Assembly (NCBI RefSeq): GCF_037902255.1
Contig: NZ_CP147990.1
Span: 3,120,001 to 3,152,000 of the forward strand
Direction: 5' to 3'
From: Candidatus Electrothrix sp. GW3-4
Lineage (GTDB): Bacteria > Desulfobacterota > Desulfobulbia > Desulfobulbales > Desulfobulbaceae
Length of the DNA: 32,000 nt
Position numbers and translations under genes: made by a program. The notes beneath the pieces are model-generated. The model did not search any database, had not been told where the DNA came from, and was given only the letters and a program-made list of their open reading frames with translations. This document shows, one piece after another, positions 8,394-18,283 of this stretch (position 1 is its first letter; every line of letters begins with the position of its first letter).

Positions 8394-10352
8394 TCAAGCC
8401 CCTGCCAGCGTATTAAATGCATGTCGTTCATCTGCATTACCAACAACCGCGACCAAATCACCACTCTGAAAGGTATAATCCACTTTAGGATTCGAATAAA
8501 ATTCTTTCCCGTGAATAATCCCCACAATTGACGCTCCTGTCTTGGAACGCACCGCTGCTTCCCCGATATTTTTATGGGCAAGCGGACTTTCAGGAGCAAT
8601 AGTCACCCATGAAATTTCCAGCATATTCTTTATATTGCCAAGTTTTGCCAAAAGATCATGCCCGTCCTGGGCCTGATGAATGGGCGAATAGAGGTTTTGC
8701 CGTACCTCATCAGTATATTGCTGAATAACATTCACCGGGACATCCATATGCAAAAGCGCCTGCCGAGCAATCTCCAAGCCTGCTTCCATTTCAGGCAACA
8801 CCGCCATGTATATGCCACTTTCATATAATGCCTGGGTTTGCTTGATACCATCAGCTCGGGCAATAATATGGAGTTCAGGATTATGCTGCCGTGATTGCTT
8901 GACAATGGATTGCGAGGTTGTAACATCAGGGGTGGTAATAAGTAAGAGCTTGGCTGCCTCCACCTTTGCAAGTTCAAAAACCGTTGAGTGGCTTATATCA
9001 CCATAGATGACGGGATATTGAGCTGTTTTACATTCAATCATTCGTTGGTGGTTCATCTCAATAATGACAAAAGGGATACTGAGTTCCATCAGGACCTGAG
9101 CGATGTGTTGTCCTACCCGCCCACCTCCGGCAATGATGATATGGTCCTTAAAGCCGGAATCAGGGATGTTTTCTGTTTGCAAGGGTTCATATTGAAACCG
9201 GCTTTTTTTAAGTTTGTAGAGAGGGGCTGCCAGGGCTGAAGCAAAAGGGGTCAGCACCATGCTCAAGACTGACACGGCAAGAATAAGAGAATACATATCC
9301 TGGTCAATGGACTTTGTTTCAAGCCCTAAGCGTGCAAGCACAAAGGAAAATTCACCCACCTGAAACAACCCGAAGCCAATGGCAAGGGGAACAATATTGC
9401 CATAGCGGAACAGGATGGCCAGCACGGAAAAAATGACTCCTTTGAAAACCGCAATGGCTATACACAGGGAAAGGATAATAACCCAATTTTTGAACAAATA
9501 GACCGGGTCAAGCAGCATACCCACCGAGGTAAAAAACAAAAGACCAAAAATATCCCTGAGTGGGATAATGTCGCTCAGGGCCTGATGCCCATAATCAGAC
9601 TCACTCAACACCATGCCGGCAACAAAGGCCCCAAAAGCAAAAGACAGGCCAAAGAGGTAGGTGGCATAGCCTATACCGAGTCCTATGGCAGTGATAGATA
9701 AGATAAAAAGCTCTCGTGAATTCCACTGCGCTACATGCTCCATCAGCCAAGGCAACAACTTTCTGCCAAAATAAAACATCAAGACCAGGAAGACGACAGA
9801 TTTAACAATGGCAATGGCCAGGATAGGCAAACCTGCTTCAGGGTTGCTGAGTTGCGGGAGAATAATCATCATCGGGATGATGGCTAAATCCTGAATAATG
9901 AGCATCCCGATCATGACCCGGCTGGAAAGTGTCCCTAACAGCCCCCTGCTCATCAGGGTTTTTAAGGTCACCATGGTGCTGGAAAGTGAGATTAAGGCAC
10001 CGAACCATATTGCATGCACTGAAGAAAATCCTAAATACCTGCCAAGAACAAAGCCGAAGCCAATGGTGAGCAGGATTTGGATTGGTGTTCCTATCAAGGC
10101 GATATTTTTAACCGGCTTCAGTTCGCTGAGAGAAAACTCCAATCCCAGAGCAAAGAGCAGAAGGGCCACGCCGATCTCCGCCAGCAGCTCAATCTCATGG
10201 ATATCTCCGACAGTCACTCCGCCGGTATATGGGCCGACAACAATCCCGGCAATAATATAGCCTAGAATCAACGGTTGTTTGGCCCGTTGCGCAATAAGTG
10301 CGCCAAGCAAGGCGGCAACAACAATGATAACAATATCTGCGGCTACACCCAT
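8394..10352 (-). CDS. CPA2-family monovalent cation:proton antiporter (Kef/YbaL-like) with C-terminal RCK (TrkA-N/TrkA-C) domains
   Basis: The N-terminal two thirds is polytopic membrane. A Rossmann-type motif [10 protein letters not shown] follows, then a TrkA-C-like end. GAGGAG lies 6 nt upstream of the ATG. Confidence 0.85.
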   Translation of the reverse strand: MGVAADIVIIVVAALLGALIAQRAKQPLILGYIIAGIVVGPYTGGVTVGDIHEIELLAEIGVALLLFALGLEFSLSELKPVKNIALIGTPIQILLTIGFGFVLGRYLGFSSVHAIWFGALISLSSTMVTLKTLMSRGLLGTLSSRVMIGMLIIQDLAIIPMMIILPQLSNPEAGLPILAIAIVKSVVFLVLMFYFGRKLLPWLMEHVAQWNSRELFILSITAIGLGIGYATYLFGLSFAFGAFVAGMVLSESDYGHQALSDIIPLRDIFGLLFFTSVGMLLDPVYLFKNWVIILSLCIAIAVFKGVIFSVLAILFRYGNIVPLAIGFGLFQVGEFSFVLARLGLETKSIDQDMYSLILAVSVLSMVLTPFASALAAPLYKLKKSRFQYEPLQTENIPDSGFKDHIIIAGGGRVGQHIAQVLMELSIPFVIIEMNHQRMIECKTAQYPVIYGDISHSTVFELAKVEAAKLLLITTPDVTTSQSIVKQSRQHNPELHIIARADGIKQTQALYESGIYMAVLPEMEAGLEIARQALLHMDVPVNVIQQYTDEVRQNLYSPIHQAQDGHDLLAKLGNIKNMLEISWVTIAPESPLAHKNIGEAAVRSKTGASIVGIIHGKEFYSNPKVDYTFQSGDLVAVVGNADERHAFNTLAGA

Positions 10353-10862
10353 CTTGTGCTCCTCATTCCTGAAATTTGTCTTTCTATCATGGTGATCTTT
10401 TCATCTCGAGCAGTACTACTCATTGAGATTTTTGATAATATTAAATGCAATGTACTGCTGTATTTTCCATCTCTACTGTGATATTCAAGTACTCAGCAGG
10501 GGAAATTGAATATTTACTTCAACAATAATATTGTTTAACCATTGAGGATTAGAAAGTAAACAGGAAAGAGCAGGTCGTTAACACCCCCTTTTTTTTCTTC
10601 CACCTGATCTTCCCTCAGCAGAGCTGCGGGGATGACCGGCCCGGAACAACAGCTCTCTTGCATCGATAAATTCGACTGATAGCCAAGAAAAAAACAGAAC
10701 TCCCTTCCGTTTCTTGTTGTTTTTTTAAGAACTTCCTTGAGGGATGCTCTGAAATTCGATAAGTTGGTCCCGTCAGCTGGAAAGGTCGAGCTCATAGAGT
10801 TGCTGTTAGGGAGCCTCGGAAAGGGTCCCCAAGACCATAATCAAATGCATCAGGAGTGAAGT

Positions 10863-12119
10863 ATGAAGTTTTCCCATCTACTGTCAATAGGAGTGAGTGT
10901 TTTGTTCCTGATCGGCGAATCTGCTGCTGCCTCCTGCTCTCCGCCGTTTAACAAGCTGATTCGCAACGGCGGCTATGGCGTTAGTGATGGCCAAGGCAAG
11001 ATTATTGCCTCCTGCAATTCTGATAAAGCCTATGTACCTGCCAGTGTTATTAAAGTTGCCACGGCCCTTGCTGCCTTTGATATTCTCGGACCGGATTACC
11101 GCTTTACCACGGCATTTTATACGGATAAGGAGCAGAACCTCTACATAAAGGGGACGGGTGACCCCATGCTGGTTTCCGATGAGATCCGTTTAATCCTTCA
11201 GGCCTTGCAAAAAAAAGGGCTAGAAAAGATCAACGCAATTTATGTCGACTCCTCCGCCTTTGCCCTGGAGCAGGACGTCCCAGGCAGTGAAGGCAGTGAC
11301 AACTCCTATGACGCCCCGGTTGGTGCGACCTCAGTTAATTTCAACAGCGTTCCTGTTCGAATAAGCAAAAAGGGAACAATTCGTTCCGGCGAAAAGGAGA
11401 CTCCGTTATTGCCTCTTATGGAAGAGCGAGCCAAAGGCTACCCAACGGGCCGACATAGACTCAATATCTGCCGCAGGAACTGCCAGACGGAAAAACAAAT
11501 AGCCTGCTATGCCACAGAACTCTTTCGGGCCTTACAGGAAGAGGCTGGAATCGCCGGAAAAGGGAAGATGGGCATCAGCTCTGTTCCGGAAGATGCCAAG
11601 CTGATGTATACCCACCAGAGCAGTAAAAATCTGAAAGAACTGACGACCTCTTTTCTGAAATACTCATCAAATTTTATCTCTAATCTGATCTACCTGACCT
11701 GCGGAGCAAAAAAATATGGCTACCCGGCAACCTGGGCTAAGGCAGAGCGGGCGGTCAATGAGGTGCTTGAAAAAAGGCTCGGCAAAAAAACCGCTGCTTC
11801 CATTATCCAAAAAGACGGGGCAGGCTTGTCTCGCGATAACAGGGTCACGGTCAGGGCCATGTTGGAGCTGCTCAAAGTCTTCAGGCCTCATACCTCTTTG
11901 CTGCGCAAGTACATGGGGGTACGGACAAAAACCGGGAGCATGAAAGGTATTTACAACTGCGCTGGCTATCTTGCTGACGGCAAGGCCTATGTTATCCTCC
12001 TCAATCAGCGGCGTAATCAGCGCAGAGCAGTGCTGGGCCTGCTCAAAAAAGGACAATATCCCGGCAGTGCTACATACCCCAAAAAAAAGAAGGGAAAAAG
12101 CACGAAAAAAAAGCAATAA
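10863..12119 (+). CDS. dacB: PBP4-family D-alanyl-D-alanine carboxypeptidase/endopeptidase (peptidase S13)
   Basis: Signal peptide present. The SxxK active-site motif occurs in the context PASVIKVATALAA, and the length and order match PBP4. The C-terminus is an unusual Lys-rich tail, KKKKGKSTKKKQ. Confidence 0.7.
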   Translation: MKFSHLLSIGVSVLFLIGESAAASCSPPFNKLIRNGGYGVSDGQGKIIASCNSDKAYVPASVIKVATALAAFDILGPDYRFTTAFYTDKEQNLYIKGTGDPMLVSDEIRLILQALQKKGLEKINAIYVDSSAFALEQDVPGSEGSDNSYDAPVGATSVNFNSVPVRISKKGTIRSGEKETPLLPLMEERAKGYPTGRHRLNICRRNCQTEKQIACYATELFRALQEEAGIAGKGKMGISSVPEDAKLMYTHQSSKNLKELTTSFLKYSSNFISNLIYLTCGAKKYGYPATWAKAERAVNEVLEKRLGKKTAASIIQKDGAGLSRDNRVTVRAMLELLKVFRPHTSLLRKYMGVRTKTGSMKGIYNCAGYLADGKAYVILLNQRRNQRRAVLGLLKKGQYPGSATYPKKKKGKSTKKKQ

Positions 12120-12195
12120 AAAAACCCCTGCCCCGAACAGTCACAAGACGCGTCAGGACAGAGGTATCATACAGAACAATGTTTTTGCAGCGCTA

Positions 12196-12534
12196 TCAGC
12201 CGCCGCAGGAACCGGTACTACAGGAACCGGAGCTGCAACCGCCACCACCACCTACAGGATTCTCAGAGGTGATGGAAAACCCAGAACGATATCCAGCTTC
12301 CAGGAAGTCCACTTTAATGGCACCGCAGGTTGTAAGCAATCCTTGTTCAACCAAAAACTGCACGCCGCCTTCTTCAAAGGCCTTATCATTTTCTTTTGGC
12401 TCATCCAGAGCCAATCCCAGTGATGGGCCTGCTCAGCCACCCTGCATCAACGAGATGCGGATCGCGGATTCAATATTATTGTCGGCGAGATATGTTTTAA
12501 GATTCTCCACCGCTGAATTGGTTACTTCCAGCAT
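12196..12534 (-). CDS. HesB/IscA-like selenoprotein (in-frame UGA read as Sec at codon 34) with a Gly/Cys/Ser-rich C-terminal tail
   Basis: Manual translation from the ATG at 12534 (GGAGG upstream) gives MLEVTNSAVENLKTYLADNNIESAIRISLMQGG-U-AGPSLGLALDEPKEND... The UGA at 12435-12433 falls where IscA/HesB proteins carry the conserved GGC Cys. The reading frame continues without interruption into the 72-aa track ORF. Confidence 0.75.
12396..12414 (-). promoter_or_regulatory. candidate bacterial SECIS hairpin
   Basis: On the minus strand, UUGGCUC-UGGAU-GAGCCAA forms a 7-bp stem with a G-containing loop, starting 18 nt after the UGA. A smaller CCCA/UGGG hairpin lies between the UGA and this stem. 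Confidence 0.5.
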
Positions 12535-12561
12535 AATAGCCTCCAGGTTGTTTAAAACTGA

Positions 12562-12590
12562 ATTTGATATTCATATTTCAAATATCAAAT
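12562..12590. promoter_or_regulatory. operator-like perfect inverted repeat ATTTGATATT-N9-AATATCAAAT
   Basis: 10-bp arms are read directly from the sequence. The site lies 28-56 nt upstream of the selenoprotein start codon, in a divergent intergenic region. Confidence 0.45.
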
Positions 12591-12947
12591 CAAACGCTTT
12601 CTTTTCGTTTTCCTTCTCTTTTACCCCTCGTTTTTCGCCGCTCTAAGCTCCCTGCTGAACAGCAGCTCGGGAAGAAAAAAAAGAAATATAAAAATATTCA
12701 TATTACCTCTATAGTACGGCAGTTTATTTGATAAGTCAACGTCTGAAAAAACATTTAATGGGATTTAATATCATCTAATGACCAGCAGAAAAGAAACCGG
12801 GAGAGCCGTCAGTAAAATTAATCCTCCACAAGAAGGGAAAAAAGTTGCAAAACCCCTGTTCCTTTCTTAGGATTATTACACTGTTGTTGCTTGGCAAGCG
12901 GTGTCGATGAATCAAGAGAACGAGTTTCTTCTAAGAACAGGAATATA

Positions 12948-14039
12948 ATGAATAAAATAGTAATTTCCACAGGTGGAGGCGATGCGCCTGGCCTGAACGC
13001 GGTGATTTTTTCGGTCGTGAAGTCTGCAACCAAACTCGGCTGGGAGGTCTACGGGAGTCGATACGGCTATATGGGTTTTTTGGATAAAGATGAGATGATA
13101 CGCCTTATGCCCTCCGATGTTGAGGGGATAACGCCCATGGGAGGCACCATGCTTGGCAGCACCAATAAGGGGAATCCCTTTTCCATGCCCGTGAAAAACC
13201 TTGCTGGTGAAGAGAACTTGATTGACGTCTCGGACAAGGTCATGGCCAGCTTTAAACGCATGGGTTTTGGTTGTCATATCGCGGTGGGCGGTGACGGAAG
13301 CCTGGAGATCGCCCACCGTTTTTCTCAAATGGGAATGCCGGTCATCGGGGTCCCCAAGACCATTGATAATGATCTGGAGGCCACAGACCGCACCTTTGGC
13401 TTTGATACAGCGGTTGCCACGGCCACCGAGGCCCTGGACAAACTCCATTCCACTGCCAAATCCCACGATCGGGTCATGGTTGTCGAGGTCATGGGCAGAG
13501 ATTCCGGCTGGATTGCCCTGTATTCCGGGATATCCGGTGGGGCTGACGTTATCCTGCTCCCAGAGATTCCCTTTGACATGGATGCCGTCTGCGCCAAGAT
13601 CACCGAGAATGAACTTCACGGCAAAGATTACTCAATCGTCGTGGTTGCGGAAGGCGCCAAGGAGGAAGGTGGCCAGGTAAGAAATCGGGGCAAAGGAGAA
13701 ACCGGTCGCGAAGAGGTTGTGCTTGGCGGTATCGGCGAATGGGTGGCCGAGGAAATCAGGCAACGGATCGGCAAGGACACCCGCTCACTGGTGCTTGGTC
13801 ATCTCCAACGGGGCGGTTCACCGACCACCTTTGATCGCCTGCTGGCCCTTCGTTTCGGCTCAGCTGCGGTGCGGATGGCTGCGGAAGGTTTGTTTGACCG
13901 GATGGTGGCCTGGACCCCACCCACCATGTCAGCTGTTTCACTGGAAGATGCTATCCGCTGTCGGAAGCAGGTGGGCCTGACAAGCGATAAGGTCCTGACA
14001 GCCCGCTCCATAGGTATCTGTCTTGGCGACAAGGAGTAG
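12948..14039 (+). CDS. pfkA: 6-phosphofructokinase (ATP- or PPi-dependent PfkA family)
   Basis: Motifs ISTGGGDAPGLNA, VGGDGS and PKTIDND are present. I prefer the ATG at 12948 (MNKIVIST) to the upstream alternative start of the track ORF. Confidence 0.85.
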   Translation: MNKIVISTGGGDAPGLNAVIFSVVKSATKLGWEVYGSRYGYMGFLDKDEMIRLMPSDVEGITPMGGTMLGSTNKGNPFSMPVKNLAGEENLIDVSDKVMASFKRMGFGCHIAVGGDGSLEIAHRFSQMGMPVIGVPKTIDNDLEATDRTFGFDTAVATATEALDKLHSTAKSHDRVMVVEVMGRDSGWIALYSGISGGADVILLPEIPFDMDAVCAKITENELHGKDYSIVVVAEGAKEEGGQVRNRGKGETGREEVVLGGIGEWVAEEIRQRIGKDTRSLVLGHLQRGGSPTTFDRLLALRFGSAAVRMAAEGLFDRMVAWTPPTMSAVSLEDAIRCRKQVGLTSDKVLTARSIGICLGDKE

Positions 14040-14042
14040 CCC

Positions 14043-14747
14043 GTGGTCCAGGATGAACTGGTGGAGATCTACCGCCGCATGCTGGAGCATTTCGGGCCCC
14101 AGCACTGGTGGCCCGGCGAAACTCCGTTTGAGGTAATGGTGGGCGCTATTCTCACCCAGAACACCAATTGGCAGAACGTGGAAAAGGCCATTGCCAACCT
14201 AAGGGGCAGAGAGCTCCTCTCTTTGCCTGCAATGGCAGCCCTGAGTACGGAAGAACTGGCCGAGTATATCCGCCCTGCTGGCTATTATAACATCAAGGCC
14301 AAGCGCTTGCAGAACCTGTTCGCCATGATTGCAGGACACTGGGAGAACGACCTGGATTATCTCCTGCAACAGCCTGCTCCTGTCCTGCGGGAGCAACTTC
14401 TCTCGGTTAAGGGCATCGGACCGGAAACAGCAGACTCGATGGTGCTCTATGCTGCTGGCCACCCGATGTTTGTGGTGGACACCTACACCCATCGTATCTT
14501 ACTGCGCCATGAAATTATCTCCGAAGACGCTGATTATTTTCAGATCCAGGAGCTGTTCATGGATAATCTGGAGGAGGACACGGCCCTGTTTAATGAATAC
14601 CATGCCTTATTGGTGCAGGTCGGCAAGCGGTTTTGTAAAAAATCCAAGCCCCAATGCGAGGAATGTCCACTCGCCGGGGTCGGAGGGGTGAGAAAATACC
14701 TTCCCTGCTCAAGAGGAGGAGAGATGTTGCGGGCTGTCTCCATCTGA
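14043..14747 (+). CDS. endonuclease III-related HhH-GPD family DNA glycosylase-like protein
   Basis: WWPGETPFEVMVGAILTQNTNW and LLSVKGIGPETAD (helix-hairpin-helix) are present, with a Cys-containing C-terminal segment. The start is GTG with AAGGAG 7 nt upstream. Confidence 0.7.
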   Translation: MVQDELVEIYRRMLEHFGPQHWWPGETPFEVMVGAILTQNTNWQNVEKAIANLRGRELLSLPAMAALSTEELAEYIRPAGYYNIKAKRLQNLFAMIAGHWENDLDYLLQQPAPVLREQLLSVKGIGPETADSMVLYAAGHPMFVVDTYTHRILLRHEIISEDADYFQIQELFMDNLEEDTALFNEYHALLVQVGKRFCKKSKPQCEECPLAGVGGVRKYLPCSRGGEMLRAVSI

Positions 14748-14778
14748 CCTACTGATGCTTGTGCCACACAGCCAAGAC

Positions 14779-14814
14779 AAAAAAAAACGGGTTACGCACG
14801 TTGCGCGTAACCCG
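14779..14814 (-). terminator. rho-independent terminator downstream of CZB gene 1
   Basis: 10-bp stem cgggttacgc/gcgtaacccg (14788-14814), preceded on the plus strand by A9, which is a U-tract for the minus strand. It lies between convergent genes. Confidence 0.75.
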
Positions 14815-14846
14815 GCAAAAAGCCCCTCTAACTAACGTTCAATTTT

Positions 14847-15212
14847 TCAAATACTCTCCTTTGAAGCCTTCGCCTGAACAGTCTCAAGTAACTTGATAAA
14901 GGTATCACAATCCGCCTTGAAATTTTGCAAGGCCTGTTTTCCTTCAGCAGACTTCCTTTTTTCTATCGGCATCTTGACGAGATATTTGATTTTTTCGTGA
15001 AACGACTTATGGAGAGATTCCACAGAGGTCATTTCCTGATATCCAGAAAATTCCTGCAACCCCGAGCTATATAACCACTTACCAAAATCGCATTCTGCAT
15101 GATCAGGGACTTGAGAAAGAGTCAGGTCACCCACTCCATAGAAAAAATCAGACAGTTTTGATTTCCACTGTAAATGACCAATGATGGCCACCTGTATATG
15201 TGCTACATCCAT
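14847..15212 (-). CDS. stand-alone chemoreceptor zinc-binding (CZB) domain protein, paralog 1
   Basis: Full CZB signature present: HLQW ... CDFGKW ... HKSFH. I prefer the ATG at 15212 (MDVAH, GAAGGAGA upstream) because it aligns with the paralog at 20229-20594. Confidence 0.8.
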   Translation of the reverse strand: MDVAHIQVAIIGHLQWKSKLSDFFYGVGDLTLSQVPDHAECDFGKWLYSSGLQEFSGYQEMTSVESLHKSFHEKIKYLVKMPIEKRKSAEGKQALQNFKADCDTFIKLLETVQAKASKESI

Positions 15213-15763
15213 TGCATCATCTCCTTCTAAGTAACATGATGTGTACATCACTGTTATTTCGAAATTTGGTCCCGGCCGGAGGCCGGGGGGGAGCGCTTTC
15301 TACCTATTTAATAATATCTCCCTCTCATACCTTGCTTACTCATATTTATAGCATTATGCTACCACAGATTGAGTAAGTATCAAGCCTTTTTAGCAGGTAA
15401 CCTACAGGTAACATAACAAAACACAGGCCCAAAAGAACACGCCGTAGCAGTATAAGAAAGGACAAAGACAATTTAACAAAAGAGTTACACAATCATGCGT
15501 ATCATATTTTAAGCGTGTACATTTTTCTCAGTTCCAAGCAGAAGCCGGAGATGAGATGGATACGATGACGGAAAAACAAGAAAAGAAGCTCAATCACGGC
15601 CAGATTCCCAAGAGAAGCAACAAACAGGCCAACTGAGCTCCCTGAAATTCTGCTCAAAAAAAAACATTCTTATTTGATATGATAGCCTCATATTTGATAC
15701 AGTGAAGGAATAGAAAGAAGGAGATGGATCACGACAAAAAAATCTTTTCTCTGGAGGAACCTC

Positions 15764-16054
15764 ATGGACAAGCCCATTATCCGAATAGTCTACCCCATCG
15801 AAGGCGAATCATACCCCGTCCTTCAGTCTGACGGATTGGCATCATCAGCCTACGTGACCGCCAGCTTGAGTATCACTGCAGCTGGCGGTCCCCATAAGGT
15901 AAAATGGGGATTTGATGACACCCCCATTGGCGGAGCGACGTTTTATGATCAGTTCAGCACACAGTTTGTGTGGGACTTGCCTGCAGGCGAGCATACCCTT
16001 CATGTTGTCTGCTGCAAAGGAGGAAAAGAGGCTGTCAACTTTGTCATAGCATAG
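15764..16054 (+). CDS. small hypothetical protein (96 aa, beta-rich)
   Basis: ATG with GGAGG 7 nt upstream. I recognised no motif. Confidence 0.45.
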   Translation: MDKPIIRIVYPIEGESYPVLQSDGLASSAYVTASLSITAAGGPHKVKWGFDDTPIGGATFYDQFSTQFVWDLPAGEHTLHVVCCKGGKEAVNFVIA

Positions 16055-16177
16055 TGCTATAATAGCATAGCGGTATCAGCGAAAGGACAGGGCTGTGTCC
16101 ATCTGCTCTTCGCAAAAGCATGGAGGCACCCTACGGTGGTGCGCCACCTTCTCTACGGAGCAACCAACAACTCCATC

Positions 16178-16525
16178 TTACAGGGTCATAACCGTATAGC
16201 CCTGCTTCATATATTCCGCCATTGCCGGGTGTCCTGCCATCTCCCCGATCAAAGGGATACCTTCTGCGCTCACCGCCTCAGCAACGCCCATCTTCCTGGA
16301 GCAGGCCTGACAGGCGCCAACAAGAAGTCCTTTTTCCTTGACCTTGCTATACAGGTTATGAAGAAAATGATCTGCTTGCGCCATTTCCGGCACCAGCCTG
16401 ACCGCCTCACCTTCTAAAATAATCTTTCCTTCCATCCCCTGGTTAGCCATATTCAAGGCATTGAGCAGGACATGAATAAAGCACAGGGGATTCCCCTGAA
16501 AGGCGAAAATAATCGTTTTCTGCAT
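16178..16525 (-). CDS. DsrE/DsrF-like (COG2044-like) small sulfur-relay or redox family protein
   Basis: 115 aa with the alpha/beta pattern MQKTIIFAFQG...LLVGACQAC, reminiscent of DsrE-fold proteins. The assignment is from memory only. Confidence 0.45.
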   Translation of the reverse strand: MQKTIIFAFQGNPLCFIHVLLNALNMANQGMEGKIILEGEAVRLVPEMAQADHFLHNLYSKVKEKGLLVGACQACSRKMGVAEAVSAEGIPLIGEMAGHPAMAEYMKQGYTVMTL

Positions 16526-16726
16526 GGTTCCACTCCTTATTTTTTATCCTTTTTATCCATCAAACCGTCTTCGCCTCCTCTGGAAAAAAGAGGATATTTG
16601 AGCAAGATTGCGGCGTACGAGGACATAAAAAAATCCGGCATTTTTCAGAGAAAAATGCCGGATAAAAGGTGGTTGTCTTTACACCTGGAGCAAAGAGCTC
16701 ACAAGACAATCACGGGTTTCATAGAA

Positions 16727-18283
16727 TTACTTCTTTTCCTTAGCTGCTCCAGGGACATGGGACCAGCCCGTTGTCAGCTTATCAACAACATTCGGCGGAT
16801 TACTCGGCTCACCAGTTGACTTAACCGTTACATTCTGCTCGGTCATATCAACCACCGGGACAGCAGGAATTTCGGTCAGACCATACCACTCATTCAGGTC
16901 AACGCCATCAGGCAGGTTGGTCAGCAGTTTTTCAGCAACCTTCTGACTGGCCTGGCGAAAACGAAGCTTGGCATGAACCTCCAGCTCATGTCCTTTTCCC
17001 TGCGGATAGAGGATGGTATAGACGATATCCCGATACCCCTTGGGTGGGATAAGACCGTGTTTGGCATAGGACACCACCTTCCAGGGATCAATCTGGAAGA
17101 CCTCATGCATATCGGTTCCTTCGGTGTTAAAGACGTGGGTGTTCCCGTCCAGCTCGCCCTTCTCATCCAGATAACCGCTCTGTATCAGTACCTTACCGGT
17201 TTTCTTATCTGTAATCTTGACTTCAAGCCACATCTCACGAACAGCGGTCAGCGAGGTCGGCAGGTTATGGCCTGCACGGCGGTTATGGACCCGAACCCTG
17301 ATCTTATACAGATCACCCTCCTTATTATACATGGGATCAATCTCGATCTCCGCAGCAGCCTGAAGGCGCTGGACCGCCATCTCGTACTTCTGTTGCAGAT
17401 TAGCCGCCAGCTTCTCATCACCCTCTTTCTCGGCCTTGAGTTTACCCAGGAAGTACATCAGGAAGTTGGCCCCATTAAAGTAATGGTGATACTCGCTCCG
17501 CTTGGGCTTGATGAACTCATCCGCAGAACGTTTAAAGGTGTCGATATCCACCATATGGCAGTCCTGACATTGAATACCGTTCAGGGCGTATAGGCTCTTC
17601 TTCCACTCACCATAGGTGAACTCATAGGGGAAGTGCTTGTCGTAATGGTAGACATGATGACAGCCTGCGCAGAGTTCAGCCGTCAGGTGCTTCGGAGACT
17701 CCACACATTCATGAAAACCACCACCACAGCCCTCGTAGTTGGGGAAAGGACCGTATTTGGTTCGGGTCACCGAGCCATCGGCGTTTTCACGGCCTGGAGA
17801 AAGAACAAAGGAGCCATTTTCCGGCTCATGGGATGGGGTCTCCCAATGGGTCAGCCGTTTAATGGAGTGACAGACATCACAGGACACACCGGCCTTGGCC
17901 AGAGGACTGAGATTGTTGAAATCCAATTCTGCGGTTTCCCCCTTAACAAAGGCGGCTGGTGTATGACAGCCCTCACACTGTTTGGTGATCTCTTTTCCCA
18001 CTGCTTTAATAGCCAGGTTCAGCTCCCCCAGATAGACCGGATCCTGAAAGGCCATGGAGTGCATGGAGCCCTGCCATTCTTCGTACTGCTTGGGATGACA
18101 ACCAGCACAGGTGGAAATAGACGGCGCGACAAAGTCGGCCTTGGTCTTCTCCCATTGCAGGTTTGACGGCTTAAAAGAAAGCAATTCAGGCTGCTTGGCG
18201 CCTTCGGCTGCAAAGCCTGAGGTAGCCACTGTAAGCAACCCGGCTGCCAGCCCCATAGCCAACCCAATGTATTTGTGTCTCAT
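16727..18283 (-). CDS. periplasmic pentaheme c-type cytochrome with a heme-free C-terminal domain
   Basis: Signal peptide MRHKYIGLAMGLAAGLLTVATSGFAAEG. Five CXXCH motifs (CAGCH, CEGCH, CDVCH, CAGCH, CQDCH), all in the first ~250 aa. Confidence 0.8.
   Translation of the reverse strand: MRHKYIGLAMGLAAGLLTVATSGFAAEGAKQPELLSFKPSNLQWEKTKADFVAPSISTCAGCHPKQYEEWQGSMHSMAFQDPVYLGELNLAIKAVGKEITKQCEGCHTPAAFVKGETAELDFNNLSPLAKAGVSCDVCHSIKRLTHWETPSHEPENGSFVLSPGRENADGSVTRTKYGPFPNYEGCGGGFHECVESPKHLTAELCAGCHHVYHYDKHFPYEFTYGEWKKSLYALNGIQCQDCHMVDIDTFKRSADEFIKPKRSEYHHYFNGANFLMYFLGKLKAEKEGDEKLAANLQQKYEMAVQRLQAAAEIEIDPMYNKEGDLYKIRVRVHNRRAGHNLPTSLTAVREMWLEVKITDKKTGKVLIQSGYLDEKGELDGNTHVFNTEGTDMHEVFQIDPWKVVSYAKHGLIPPKGYRDIVYTILYPQGKGHELEVHAKLRFRQASQKVAEKLLTNLPDGVDLNEWYGLTEIPAVPVVDMTEQNVTVKSTGEPSNPPNVVDKLTTGWSHVPGAAKEKK

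Noticed and set aside
10535-10795. 86-aa minus-strand ORF in the Kef/PBP4 divergent intergenic region
   Set aside because: It has no Shine-Dalgarno sequence upstream of its ATG and no motif. It lies in a probable promoter and 5'-UTR region, so I treat it as non-coding.
12179-12646. 155-aa plus-strand ORF and 62-aa minus-strand ORF overlapping the hesB-like locus
   Set aside because: These lie antisense or out of frame relative to the selenoprotein frame, which has family-specific motifs, an RBS and a coherent UGA read-through.
12912-13619. 235-aa antisense ORF within the phosphofructokinase gene, and similar shadows (320-745, 1638-2081, 11667-12116, 16973-17593, 17633-18166)
   Set aside because: Each overlaps a gene with strong motif support on the opposite strand. 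Their translations are low-complexity.
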